NCBI GenBank assembly: GCA_951406725.2
Contig: OX597822.1
Coordinates: 5,642,001 to 5,706,000 of the forward strand
Reading direction: 5' to 3'
Length of the DNA: 64,000 bases
Source: Octopus vulgaris
Lineage: Eukaryota
The position numbers were made by a program, and so were the translations under genes. Position 1 is the first letter of the stretch, and each line of letters begins with the position of its first letter. The notes below the pieces were generated by a model. It made no database searches and was not told where the DNA came from. It saw only the letters and a program-made list of their open reading frames with translations. This document shows positions 14,501-27,150 of the stretch, piece after piece.

Positions 14501-15235
14501 AATAATTACATATTATGTACTTCATTGTGTTTGGTATTATGCGTGATCCCTCCGGTCAGTGGAGCAATTGTCTTGCATGAAAGCCAGACGTGACTAAAGA
14601 AATTGGTTTGGGGATGGCACTGTGTTATGCCGTTAGTGAAATTGTAATATAAGTTTAACTTAATAGAGTCACATTTCCAACGTTTGCCCACAGAAACAAA
14701 TTTAGATTATATTAGGGTTGTGCTTAAGGAGAGAATATTTAACTTGTATATTTTAGTTCCTTTAGTAACAATATTTCATACATTAGTGGTTTCGCATAGT
14801 GTAAATGTAGAATTTAAGATTTGCATTTTGGGAGTATGTACTGGCTCGGAAGCCAGGACATACAGAAAGGGTGAAAGGAGACAGCCATGATGAACTAGGT
14901 GTATGATGAGAAATGGTTTCGAGAATGAAAGTGTATTTTGACTTCACGGCAGGCGCCACTGTGCATTGTAGCAATCCAGCTCCTTAAAATGGATTGCAAA
15001 CCCACCACTTTCAGAGCAACTGCCAGATAACAACACTTGACCTACCGAAACCTTTTAACAGTTCCAAGTTGATCAGGGCTGCATCGAAGTCAGCTTCGTT
15101 ACCAAATCTCTTTATTATGTATCGTGTGAAGTGGGGGTTGTGATAGACAGACCCAGTCAGGATCACGGATGTTTCTCTGACCAGATTGCCAATGACAAGT
15201 GCCAAACTTTTTCCTAACATCTTAGTCAAACTATT

Positions 15236-15435
15236 GGATTGGAAGCACTCCGTCGGTTACGACGACGAGGGTTCCGGTTGATCCGATCAACGGAACAGCC
15301 TGCTTGTGAAATTAACGTGCAAGTTTTTAGGTGTTTTCGCTCAATAAACACTCACAACGCCCGGTCTGGGAATCAAAACCGCGATCCTACGACCGCGAGT
15401 CCGCTGCCCTAACCACTGGGCCATTGCGCCTCCAC
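15236..15435 (-). mobile_element. tRNA-derived SINE (family E) with 12-bp TSD
   Basis: Head GTGGAGGCGCAATGGCCCAGTGGTTAGGGC (A box) ... GGTTTTGATTCC (B-box-like); tail CCAATCCAAT. TSD AGTCAAACTATT at 15224-15235 and 15436-15447. Confidence 0.88.
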
Positions 15436-15906
15436 AGTCAAACTATTAAACAGTGTTCAGCAGAGTTATGGACTGAAAGTTGTTTATGATACCCTGCTCA
15501 TTGGTGTTCTTTCTCAGCAGATTTCCCACCTCCCAGTTCACAGAACTATGAGGTCTCCCGTTCGGCAGTCAGTTATAACAGCTCGTCACCACGCATATTT
15601 CAGTTGTTGTTATTTGGTTTTTGCAACACTTCACATCTTCTGTTAACATTTGCAACAAGCCATTAAGGTACCCAGCCAGCATGACCATATAGGACCGATA
15701 TCAGGTGAACAGCAGAATATTGATAATTTTTTACTGATATTAGCCTGTCATCAATACATCAAAACTGAGTTATTTTACGTTTTGCATTTCTCATTGTCAG
15801 TTCCACTTACTACTATCATCGTCCATACAGTTCTATATTTAAGAGATGAGGAATTATGTACATTATTTACAATTGACGGATATTTGTCCCCATCTTGCTT
15901 GTTGTT

Positions 15907-15952
15907 AACACAACGTTTCGGCTGATATACCCTCTAGCCTTCATCAGGTGTC
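15907..15952 (-). ncRNA. Minimal type I hammerhead ribozyme (intact core)
   Basis: GACAC-CUGAUGA-A-GGCU(AGAGGGUAUAUC)AGCC-GAAA-CGUU-GUGUU: stem I GACAC/GUGUU, palindromic AACGUU stem III, GUU cleavage triplet. Confidence 0.75.
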
Positions 15953-16899
15953 TTGGGGAAATTTTCGAACTTGCGTTCTCATTCCTAAGGTATTTTTCGA
16001 TGTTGTTATTATTATTATTATTATTATTGTTATTCAGGTCACTGCCTGGAATGAAACTTGAAATCTTGGGGTTAGTATCCTGCGCTCTTAACCACATTTT
16101 CAAGAATTTTATCAATTTAACCAATCTTGTTTCAAAAGGATTACTTAAAAACATACTTTGATCTTAGAGAAGAGCTGGTGATTCCGTTCTTTAGTTCGTA
16201 TGGGACTACAGTTCATTTATCTGTCTCTCTTTTTTCTTAAAAGCCCAATGTGTGTGAGATATTGTTTAAAGTTTGATAACTGTATTTTTGTCAGCCTGGA
16301 TTAATAGTCTGTCTTTGAGAGATTTTGACAAGATTTCATTGTCACCCACATTTTGGGGGAATTGGGTATGTTCTTGTTTTCTGTGAACTCCTGCATCAAA
16401 ACATTGCTGCTTTTTTCAATCAACTGAAATTAATGAGGGGTCTTGTGCATGTGGCTGTCAGTTTAGTTGCTGTTACTGCTGCTGCTGTTGTTGTTGTTGT
16501 TGCCGCTGTTGTTATTGTTTTGATGTGAGTCTAATGTTGACAGTTTGTGAAACGACAGGTTCTCTGTTCCTCTTTGTCTCCCTTGGCTTTTAGATTAGGC
16601 TTTTTTCTTTTTAGTTGTTTTTCCTTTTCACTCCAACATGTTTTTTGTGAAGATTTCATCCTGTCCTCATCACATGATGAAACTTCTGAATCTGCCAAGT
16701 TTATGTCATGAGTAAGAAGAAGTCGACATTTAAGTATGTGTAATTGTTTCTCTATTTTGATGACCTTCTGAAACAGTGACAGCCACTGCTACTTGTTGAG
16801 ACGCAATTGCTATTTCCTGGGCTATGTTGCTGATTACCACTGCTGTTGTTGTTGTAGTTGTGCCTGCCATCTGTCACCTCTCCTGCTGTTGAGATTTTT

Positions 16900-17600
16900 G
16901 TTGCTGCAGCTGACATTTCTGTTGCTGCTCTTGATATTGAAATTATTGCTTCTTTTAGTGCAGTTATTTGTGTCATTGTGGTGTAGGAAGCAGTGTGAGC
17001 CTTTCTCCTACTCCCATTGTTTTGTTGTGATTGGAAGGCCTTTGTGGGGTTGTTTATCCAACTTGTGTGGTATCTAGGTGTTCTTCCTTCTAATATGACT
17101 TCTGTTTCACAGTTCAGCAATACTGTTCAGGGTTTGTGGTTGTACTTGAATCAACATCATCAACTCAGTTCCGGGGTAATTTATTTGCAATATTCTTTAA
17201 AATATCAAGTAGGGTTTCAAGAACTTCTATCACAACACATCTCACCACCCACTGAATGTTACCACCCACAGGTGGTACATCAAATATTTTAACTTTTACC
17301 ACATGCCAGGTAAAGTATGGGGGGAAAGGGGAATAGATCTTTGTAATTTGCATGAGACAATAGTTTCTGAGTCAGCACTTCTACAAAGTTTCTGTCAGGC
17401 CTGAAATATGGAATCTGCCTTGCTCCATATTTCTCTTAAACATTTTTCTACTTCAATGTGAGTTACATTAAAAACCTGTCGGATTTTTTATTTGGCATTT
17501 ACTACACACTGGTATATAATAATTCTTCTGGAAGTTCCTTCGTTCAGTTGTGAAGGAACTGTCAGTTTAACTCCCTTGTTCTATCTGTTGATGAGTTTTT
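16900..17600 (-). pseudogene. Possible highly decayed non-LTR retrotransposon ORF1 remnant
   Basis: Fragments VKVKIFDVPP...WVV and EVILEGRTPRYH resemble the region before a gag-like zinc knuckle. Weak support. Confidence 0.3.
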
Positions 17601-18390
17601 CTGCATCGTTTGAGTTTCAGTGCTTGTTTTAATTGTTCATGGAACTGTGCCCATTTTTATGGCTGTTTTGGTGGAAGCGTTCGTGTTGTCGTTGTTGAAG
17701 TTTGCAGAAACCACTATTAATATGGTTGTGGTGATATCTGAAGAGATGGAAAAAGGGGCAGAAGTGGAGATTGTGAAAGAAGTGTTAGTGCTGTTGATGC
17801 AGCTTGCCAATCTTAGAAAAATCTTTGCTATTGTTACTGTTGTTGCTGTTGATTGTTGCTGTATTCTCTGTTATATTGTTGTTGTTGTTGGTGGTGGTGG
17901 TGCTTTTGTTTTTGTTCTTATCACTGTAGCTGTTGCTATTTTTACAGATATTGTTTCCAGGAAGTTTTTATGTGTGTGTGTGTGTGTGTGCATGTGGTGT
18001 GCTTTTGCAAAACATGACAATGACATTGCTGTCAATTTCAAGTGTAGCCTCTTGAATGTCAGCCGAATTTTCGGAAAGGAATCTTTCTCTCCCTTTCTCT
18101 GTTACACTCTTTTCCACTCTCTCACTCTCATGCTTCGATTTTTCATCGAACATTATTATTATAGCATAGTTGATCTCCATCTTGTTTTCATCATAGAAAA
18201 TAGAAACTTCGTTGTTTTGAAAAAATTTAAATGTCTGAGCCCCACTCCCAATGGGGTGTTCTTATATAAAAAATAACCACACCCAGATATAGTAGGTGAG
18301 CTCTTTATTACAATGGTTAAGGACAAAAATTATCAAGCAAACAACAAGTACCCAAAAGGATGGGAAAGTGAGAATTTTTTCAAAAAATTA

Positions 18391-18543
18391 CATCATCATC
18401 ATCATCATCATCATCATTTAGCGTCCGCTTTTCATGCTAGCATGGGTTGGACGGTTCAACTGGGGTCTGTGAAGCCAGAAGGCTGCATCAGGCCCAGTCT
18501 GATCTGGCAGTGTTTCTACGGCTGGATGCCCTTCCTAACGCCA
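18391..18543 (-). mobile_element. Family C repeat: RTE-type 3' end with (GAT)n tail
   Basis: Near-identical to copies at 23668-23833(+), 27520-27662(+), 34497-34975(-), 36148-36250(-), 47184-47500(-), 54746-55008(-) and 63495-63690(+). Diverged copies at ~29565-29752, ~29985-30232 and ~55330-55523. Confidence 0.85.
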
Positions 18544-18794
18544 AACAGAGTAAAAAAAATCAGTGTGGTTTCTCATTCAGCACTTTCTACTAAAGGCACA
18601 AGTCCTGAAATCCGAGGGGAGGGGACTAGTCGATTATATCGATCCCAGTGTTTCATTGGTACTTAATTTATCAACCCCCAAAAGGACGAAAGGCATAGTT
18701 GACCTTGGTGGAATTTGAACTCAGAACGTAAAGATGGGAGAAATACTGCTTGTCCAATGTGCTAACAATTCTTCTGCCAGCTTGCCAGCTTGAC

Positions 18795-18845
<51 letters not shown>

Positions 18846-18871
18846 GCTACTACTACTACTACTACTACTAC

Positions 18872-18919
<48 letters not shown>

Positions 18920-18920
18920 C

Positions 18921-19288
18921 AACAAGAGCACTCAGTGAGTGCAAACCTCTGCCAAGGTAACACCAATGTCCTCTCAATGATTAGCAGGAGATGATTTTTA
19001 AAATGAGAATATCTGAAATAAACTCGACTGCTTTCACAAACAAGAATACTAAACATGAACCTGACCACTCTCAAAAATTATGTAGAAAAAAAAAAAAAAC
19101 GGGAAAATAATTCAGAATCCTTTTCTGATAATGGATCAACCCCAAAATCTAATCAATTTGTGCCAGTCATGAGGCCAAACATCCCTAAAAGTTTCATCTG
19201 AATCCATCGAGCGGTTCTTGAGATATCTTGTCCACAGACAAACAAACACGACTGAAAACAACACCTCGGCTAAGGTGGAGGTAGTAAT
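18921..19288 (-). mobile_element. Helentron-associated / DINE-1-like non-autonomous element
   Basis: Minus strand: 5' subTIR TACCTCCACC with a nearby IR, a GTTTGTTTGTCTGT microsatellite, then 3' subTIR GGCAGAGGT followed by the hairpin GCACTC-ACT-GAGTGC and TCTTGTT. Confidence 0.75.
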
Positions 19289-19569
19289 CCTTTCTTCGAA
19301 AGGAACAAGGCCTGAAGTTTTGTGAAGGTTTAGTTAAATGGACTGATTTCAGAACTTGACTAATATTTGTTTTATTGACCCTGAAAGGATGAAAAGCAAA
19401 GTCAACCTCAGTGAAATTTGAAAGTAAAGCCAGATGAAAAACTGCAAAGCATTTTGTCTAGCATGTTTAACAATTGTGCCAGCTTATTGCTTTTAATAAT
19501 GATTTCAAATTTTGGTACAAGGCCAGCAATTCTGATGGTGGTGGTGGTGGTGGGGTGTTAGTCGATACC

Positions 19570-19802
19570 TATTTCTTTACTACCCACAAGGGGCTAAACA
19601 CAGAGAGGACAAACAGGGACAGACAAACGGATTAAGTCGATTACATCGACCCCAGTGCGTAACTGGTACTTAATTTATCGACCATGAAAGGATGAAAGGC
19701 AAAGTCGACCTCGGCGGAATTTGAACTCAGAATGTAACGGCAGACGAAATACGGCTGTGCATTTCGCCCGGCGTGTTAACGTTTCTGCCAGCCCACCGCC
19801 TT
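19570..19802 (-). mobile_element. Young SINE family B nested in an older family B copy (~19500-19960)
   Basis: 13-bp TSD GTTAGTCGATACC at 19557-19569 and 19806-19818. Confidence 0.9.
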
Positions 19803-20689
19803 ATAGTTAGTCGATACCATTGACCCCCATTACTCGACTACAGTTTTGTTTTACCTACCCCAGAGAGATGAAATGCAAAGTTGACCTCAGCAAGACTTGA
19901 ACTCAGAATGTGAAGAGCCAGAACAAATGATGCAAGGTATATTTTCCAAGACTCTATTGATTCTGAAAATCCAACAACTGGATCTTCATGAACTCAGCTG
20001 CCAGAACTTTTTGATAAATGAATTTGAAACCTATTTCAACTGTGTCATAATCTCTTTACATCTTGAATAAGAGCTTTTAACCTTGAAATATCGTAAGTGA
20101 AGAAAAATGTCTTGTTGATAAAATACAAAATAAAATGTCTGAATTATCATAAGTGTTTTTTTCAAATTAATAACCTCAAAGCTTCATACGAATTTTCTCA
20201 AAAACAAAAAAGAAGAAAAAGAAAAAGCAAGATTATATTACACAAATTTTTCAGAGATGCTGGGAAAAGACTTGGATTTCAAAGGATACACTAATAACAA
20301 GATGAACAATAGATGAACTGGAAAAGATAAACACAAGAAAAATCAAACCAGTTCTATTCTTGGACAGCAAATGTTGATACAAGAACCCACTTATAGAGAA
20401 AAAATTCTCATCAAGTCACATAAGAGCCTCAGTCAAACGATGTAAATAACTCTCCTGAATGCTGGTGTGCTACATGTATTTCTGTTCATGCAAAATGATT
20501 TCTAAGCTTATATTCAATCTGTTGTAAATCGGTTTTATCATGTACAACAGCTTATAAGCTGGAAATATTGTAAGAGGAAAATACATGTCGTTTATTTACT
20601 TTAAAAAATTGCTTTGTCACAGATTTAATCCAAATCCAAATTCACAACTTTTTGTACACAAAACAAAACAGAAGAAAATTGTAAAATTG

Positions 20690-21100
20690 AGATGAGAATT
20701 TGGTAAGAAGTTTGCTTCCTTATTCCATGGTTCCAGGTTCAGTTTGACTGCAAAGCACGTTGTGCAAGAATCTTCTACTATAGCCCTGGGCTGACCAGAA
20801 CCTTGTAAGTGGATGTGGCCAATGGAAACTGAAACAAAACCATTGTATTTATACAACATACATGTGTATGTGTCTTTTTGTTTGTGGGTTGTTCCCCCCG
20901 TGGCTTGACAACTGGTGTTGGTTTGTTTACATCCCCATAAGGTAGCAGTCTGGCAAAAAAGATGATAAGGGCAAGTACCATATTTTAAAAGAAAATAAGT
21001 ACTGATGATGTTGATTTGTTCAACTAGAACCCTTGAAAGCAGTGCCTCAGAATGGTTGCAGTCCAATGATTGAAGCAAGTAAGAGGAAGAAGCTAAAAGA
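20690..21100 (+). mobile_element. Diverged SINE family A
   Basis: Colinear with the young family A copies but with many substitutions. Confidence 0.7.
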
Positions 21101-21512
21101 AGATATATCTGTATTTGTGTGTGTGTGTGTGTTATAAGGAAAATGTCTCTTCTGAGACAGGTACATAGTGAAAGTCCTTCCATATCTGGGTGTATATAAA
21201 TGTTTTAAATACATATATGTACACAGCATTATTCTAACATGTGATGCTTAGTTTCCTTTTAATTAATTCCAGCTTGACGAAGTTTTGCACATGCCTGCAA
21301 ATTTATTATTTGGCATTTACATATAAGAAAAGCAGTTCTCAGAGGACTATGAATGATGGAGTTGCTGTCTATTGGTGATGAGGTGTAACAACACAGAAAC
21401 AACTATAGTTCAATTATATCATTCATAACTCAGCTCAGTGACAACAAATTGTCTTTAATGAGAATTTCTCTTCCATGATAGATACTGCAGTTAAGGGTTT
21501 TCAACATTATAT

Positions 21513-21731
21513 ACTCTTTTTCTATTTTACTCTTTTACTCGTTTCAGTCATTTGACTGCTGCCATGCTGGAGCACCGCCTTTAGTCGAGTAAATCGACCC
21601 CGGGACTTATTCTTTGTAAGCCCAGTACTTATTCTATCGGGCTCTTTTTGCCGAACTGCTAAGTGACGGGAACGTAAACACACCAGCATCGGTTGTCAAG
21701 CAATGCTAGGGGGACAAACACAGATACACAA

Positions 21732-21762
<31 letters not shown>

Positions 21763-21934
21763 CATATATATGATGGGCTTCTTTCAGTTTCCGTCTACCA
21801 AATCCACTCACAAGGCATTGGTCGGCCCGGGGCTATAGCAGAAGACACTTGCCCAAGATGCCACGCAGTGGGACTGAACCCGGAACCATGTGGTTGGTTA
21901 GCAAGCTACTTACCACACAGCCACTCCTGCGCCT
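21513..21934 (-). mobile_element. SINE family A, full length
   Basis: Head AGGCGCAGGAGTGGCTGTGTGG, internal (TA)/(TG) tract, (GTAAAAGA)n-type tail. Confidence 0.9.
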
Positions 21935-21980
21935 ATATATAAATTCAGTATTTGCTACATAATTATGCATTGTCTAAGGT

Positions 21981-22052
21981 GATCCCGCTGATGAAGTACA
22001 GATGACAACTTAATATATTTGTTCATTAATACAGAAACTCAAGTTTGGGATT
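21981..22052 (+). ncRNA. Hammerhead ribozyme-like motif
   Basis: Stem I GAUCCCG/UGGGAUU; CUGAUGA; long imperfect stem II; GAAA; near-palindromic ACUCAAGU; GUU triplet. Confidence 0.6.
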
Positions 22053-22199
22053 AACTGTAAATAATTGTTGTTTTCATTCTCTTTAGAATTAGTTTTTTCT
22101 CATGATTTGGGTTTGGCTGCCTTCTCTAGAATATAAGGCATCCTGTAAAGGGTCACCTCTCTGTGTATAAATACTATACACTGTTATATATGAATATAC

Positions 22200-22234
<35 letters not shown>

Positions 22235-22407
22235 AGAGTAAACACATAAATGTGAAACAAGGTGGAAAAAAGAGTACTCAAATACCAGTGGTAGAGTAAC
22301 AGGTTTTGTTGAATTTTCTGCTGCTTTAAATAAAGTATATATATATAATACATTTGTGTTATATGTGTGCATGTGTGTGTTTGTGTGTGTATGTGTGTGT
22401 GTGTGTT

Positions 22408-22687
22408 ATATATTGGATTATGTGAAGGAGAATTTAAAAATGGCTATACCAGTCACATAGCCTCCTTTAAACATAAGGACAAAAGCAAAGCTACTACGTT
22501 AGTCACAAACAGAGTTTGTTGAAATCTAATGCAACAGCACATGTGATTAAGTGGAAAATAATTGAAAAATCCATACCTTATGTTTATGGATCAAATAAAT
22601 GTAAGCTATATTTAGCTGGAAGAGCTCAAACCCTTTTCGGATCTAAGATCCCTAACTCACTACTGCCCTCTAGGTCTGAAATTTTCA
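22408..22687 (+). pseudogene. GIY-YIG endonuclease fragment, Penelope-like
   Basis: YIGLCEGEFKNGYTSHIASFKHKDKSKATTL...IKWKIIEKSIPY...KCKLYL...SRSEIF; same family as 4030-4385. Confidence 0.75.
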
Positions 22688-23288
22688 GCAGTGATTTGCG
22701 TTGGACAAAGCATATCTCTAAAATTGTCAAGAAGGCCGAGGGTGTCTTGGCATCACTCAGCAAGACTTTTGTTAGCCGCTCTCCAGCCATCTATTTAAAA
22801 CTGTATACAGCTATGGTACGACCACACTTGGAATTCGCATCATCAGTTTGGAACCCCTATCTTGCTCAGAACATTGACCTCCTGGAATCTGTTCAGAGAC
22901 GTGCAACCAAACACATACCCTCCATCAGACACCTACCATACTCTGAGCGCCTTGTTTCCCTGGGCATGGATTCACTGAAGCTTCGGCGTCTGGCGATGGA
23001 CTTGGTAAACACCCACAAAGTTATCAACCACCTCACCAACAACAACATTGAACACCAAAGTCAGAAAACAACACAGCTCCCATGACTTTCGGAAACATTT
23101 TTTCATGCTCAGAGTTGCTGAAGCATGGAATAAACTGTCTGCGTCAGTTGTTGACTGCCATGACACTGCATCCTTTAAGGCCCTCATGCTTTCCGAAATC
23201 CGCCGAAACTGCACCTGATTATACATACACTTTAGACGAGTTGTAGTGCACCTGAGCACTGTACACACTGTTTTTCATTATTATTATT
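22684..23288 (+). mobile_element. 5'-truncated CR1-clade LINE 3' end
   Basis: FSSDLRWTKHISKIVKKA...LYTAMVRPHLEFASSVWNPY...LESVQRRATK...YSERL..LGMDSLKLRR; after a frameshift RKHFF.LRVAEAWNKL; short 3' UTR and (ATT)n tail. Confidence 0.9.
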
Positions 23289-23923
23289 CATATGTTGATG
23301 TGCATTTTGAAGGATTGGAAAATGCTGCCTATACTGGATTAACTTGTTATCTTTCCAGCCTTATAATTTAAGGTCTAAGGAAGACAACTCTTTTACCAGA
23401 ATTTTTACTTTTTCATTTTCTGTTTTCCATTTTTTAACCTTCTACGTTTTCTATGTTTCCTTCTCAACTTTCCGGGTTTCTTCTCTCATTTCATATTTAG
23501 TTCGTTTCGATGATACATGGTTTGTACCTGATAAATATGTTTGAGGTACTTCTCAACAGGTGAAACTATTAGTAGCACATAAATCATGTATTGTGTCTAT
23601 TAAATAATAGATATCTCTCACCAGATGGAGTACTTTTTTTTTTTAACTTAGCATCATGGGTAGTAAAAAGCATCCACTACACTCATGGAGTGGTTGGCGT
23701 TAGGAAGGGCATCCAGCCGTAGAAACACTGCCAGATCAGACTGGGCCTGATGCAGCCTTCTGGCTTCACAGACCCCAGTTGAACCATCTAACCCATGCTA
23801 GCATGGAATGTGGACGCTAAATGATGATGATGATATATATATATATATATATGCATGTATACATACATATATACACACATACATAGATACATACATACAT
23901 ACATACATACATACATAAATACA

Positions 23924-23959
<36 letters not shown>

Positions 23960-24493
23960 TATATATACGAAATTGTTTTAGCCACCCTCAGACATGAATC
24001 TATGTAGGGATTAATTAGCCTTTTCTTTTTGTCAATGTACAAGGTTTCTCTAGTCGTGGTTCAACAAATTGGTTGAGGCTACTCCCCTTTGGCTGTAGCC
24101 TTTAACAGGGTACTTAACTAGTATTTTTAATAGAAATACATGTCCATACATTTAAAAAATTTCCAGGAAAACTTATTCACATTTCATAATTCTTTTGTGA
24201 GGCAGTTGTATAATTATAGAGATTTAAATGCCAAACTATTTCTGTATAGGTTGTAAAGATGAGAGTTCTCGGAAGTGAATCATGAGATCTGACAGTTCCT
24301 CTGGTTCTCTCACTTTTTCTTTCTAGCATGCCAATGTTTGGAATACAGTTCTCAAGAATGTTTCACATATATATATTATGACATACTGTTCCCATCAGCA
24401 TTTCAAAGAATTGAAATGTAATGGATGTGTGTTTGTGTAAGACATACACACACAGACACATATGTATGTTTGTATATATATATGTAAGTACAT

Positions 24494-27150
24494 ATCATCA
24501 TGATCCTTATAATCATTTTTATGTCTGCTTTTCCATGCTCACCTAAGTTGTACAGATCCTCTTCAACACATCATATTACTACTTGTTGCAGTCACTTGTC
24601 ATATTCTTTGAGTTAGCTTTCTCCTCTTTTTCACGTGTCTTTCTTGGTTTTTCTCTTCCAAACATTTTTTTTTTTCCACTTTGATATCTTGGTACTTCTT
24701 TACCCTGTTGTACCATCCATACTCATTAGCTGTTTGTACCCACATAGTCTCTTCTATTGCACATTATATCTTGCTACTCTTGGATTTAGCTTTTCCCTCA
24801 GTTCCATTCTTTTCCATCATTCACTGACACTAATTTTATACATCCAGCAGAATATTCATGTCTCATATTTTTCCAATCCTTTGTTCATCCATCACATTCA
24901 ATGTTCATGTTTCACCGCCATGCAAGATTGATCCTTCATAATTTACTATTCATTTGGCAAAAGAACTCTCTTGTTGCCAGCAGAGCTAATAACCCTCTAA
25001 CCTTTTCTGACCCTGTTCTTTTTCTGGCTACAGTACTTCCAAACCATTCACTTCCATGACTAATTAGATCAACAGTGTTGATAGCACATGCTATCAACTG
25101 TCAAATTCCAAAAATTTGAATTTATTTCGTAGTTTCTTTAAATGCTAACAATGCCAAAGCATCTACCACAAGTGAAAACTCAATATTTTTGTTAGCTGTT
25201 TGTGATCCATTTGAACATCTTGTGTATCCATTTTTTTTTTGTTTTGTTTGCATCAAATATATCATATGGAATTCCTAACTATTCCCTTTTCATTTACAGA
25301 GCTTGGCCACTTCCAATATAGCAGTAGAATTCTGTTTATTTTCCTGAGAACAAAACTTTTATTTTTGCTACATTAACTTTGAGGACTCTTGATTCTAGAC
25401 TTTGCTTCTACTTTTGGAATTTCTTCTGCAGCTCCATTTATAAAAACTACATCATTAGTATACAGGAATATCCACAGCCAGCCAGACTCAAACTTCATTG
25501 TTATAGCCTGGAAAAGCAGAATAAACAGAGCAGGTTTAAGAATCAGATCCTCATGGAGACTTATGCATATACTAAATTCTTGCTCTATTCATTGCAAACC
25601 CTTACTTAACTCACTGCATCTTTTTGCATGGTTTACATGGTTCTCACAAACCATTCACCTACACCTACTATTCTTATTGACTATCAAAATGCAAAGTGTA
25701 GAACTCTTACCATGCTTGGTACAGTGCTAGGTTTAGTGGCTTGCTCGTTGCTTAGAGGTTATCTTGCATTTATTTCACTAGAAAGAAGGCGTCTGTGGTA
25801 CTCTGTCCTGATACAAATCTGAACTGCATCTCATTTAAATTAATTCAGTCTTATTAATTGGGTTATAACTCTTTATAACTTGATACCTCTGACATTGCTC
25901 CTTTCTAGATCATCTTCTTTGCTCTATTAACACAACTGACAATGAAGTTGCTACACCATTTATGGGGTATGATGCCTCCTTCTACTAACTAAATCAGTGG
26001 TTCCCAACTGGGGTCCATAATGCACTTAGGAGTCCATATGACACTTAGGGGTCTATGTAAGATCTTGTCAAAATTTATCTGCAATAATTTAGCTATGTTT
26101 CTACACTACACAAAATATTTTAATATTTTTTTAAATACAATTCTTAATAATATTTAATTACAAAAACATTATGTGATTTTTTAAACATCAAATGGCTAAG
26201 AAGGTCCATCTGAGTAAAACAGGAATCAAAAGGGTTCATAGGTAAAATATGGTTTAGGAGCACAGATCTAATTGAAAATAGAAATGACCATATGCACATT
26301 CTTTACTCAGCCAGATATTTTCATAATCCTAGTGACCCTACCTTGTGGTCCAGTTGCTTTCTTTGCCTTCATACCCTTAATCACATTTTCATTTGTACAA
26401 GTGTCAATTTTTAATTGCTTTTTCCAATGCCAAGAGTAACATTCAACAACCCCTGGTAGTAATATTTTGAAGCCAGTTTGTGATACTAATGAGAGTACAT
26501 GCACTATTGTCATTCCAAATACTTATCTTTAACAACATATTGATTCACAGGAATTTACTGTTTTGCAATCTAGAACCCCTCACACCTCTGATCTCTTATC
26601 ACAGAATATTAGCAAACCTCATACTTCCAACTTCTCTATGCTTTGTATACTTAATGTCTAGCTTTTCTTCCTGTTACCCAATATTTATTGCCTGTTCTCT
26701 CTGGTTTTCCAATCTTCCCAGGCCTGCATCTTAGCTTTTATGGCTTCATTTATTGTACCATTTCCCCATCTTGAGTCACATCCAATCTAGCTGGAACCTT
26801 GCTGCAGCAACAGATCTGATATGTGGATTACTGCTGATTATCTTGTCATAGGTTCTTACCCACCCATTTCTTCATATCATACACATCACTTAAAACTTAT
26901 CTGTCTAGAAGAGAAATCTTCATACTTTCTTTTCCCATATTGTCTTGTGTCTCTGAGAGTATGTACTGCTTATTTTTAAGTCTATGTTGTGTAGTTCATT
27001 CTTTATCAGGGAAAGACTTATTATTTACAATCCTCTACTTATCCTATATTATCCAGGGCAAGAATAAAATCTCTCTACTTTGCTCCATTGAGCGAGTGCC
27101 TTTCTTTAGATACTGGCATGGACTACTGGTCCTTAAGTTAAAATTTTATG
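24494..27150 (-). mobile_element. Old, heavily decayed RTE-clade LINE
   Basis: VIKGMKAKKATGP...IMKISG at ~26310-26390; C-terminal KRL..G...KPRKT-like segment at ~24630-24760; 3' terminus GCATGGAAAAGCAGACATAAAAATGAT... like family C. Confidence 0.6.
25996..26265. mobile_element. hAT-like MITE inside the RTE remnant
   Basis: Left end CAGTGGTTCCCAACTGGGGTCC; degenerate right end GGTTTAGGAGCACAG. Confidence 0.45.

Noticed and set aside
17620-18276. 218-aa hydrophobic ORF resembling a membrane protein
   Set aside because: The Val/Leu richness comes from (GTT)/(GT) simple repeats, the start codon is not ATG, and there is no recognisable domain.
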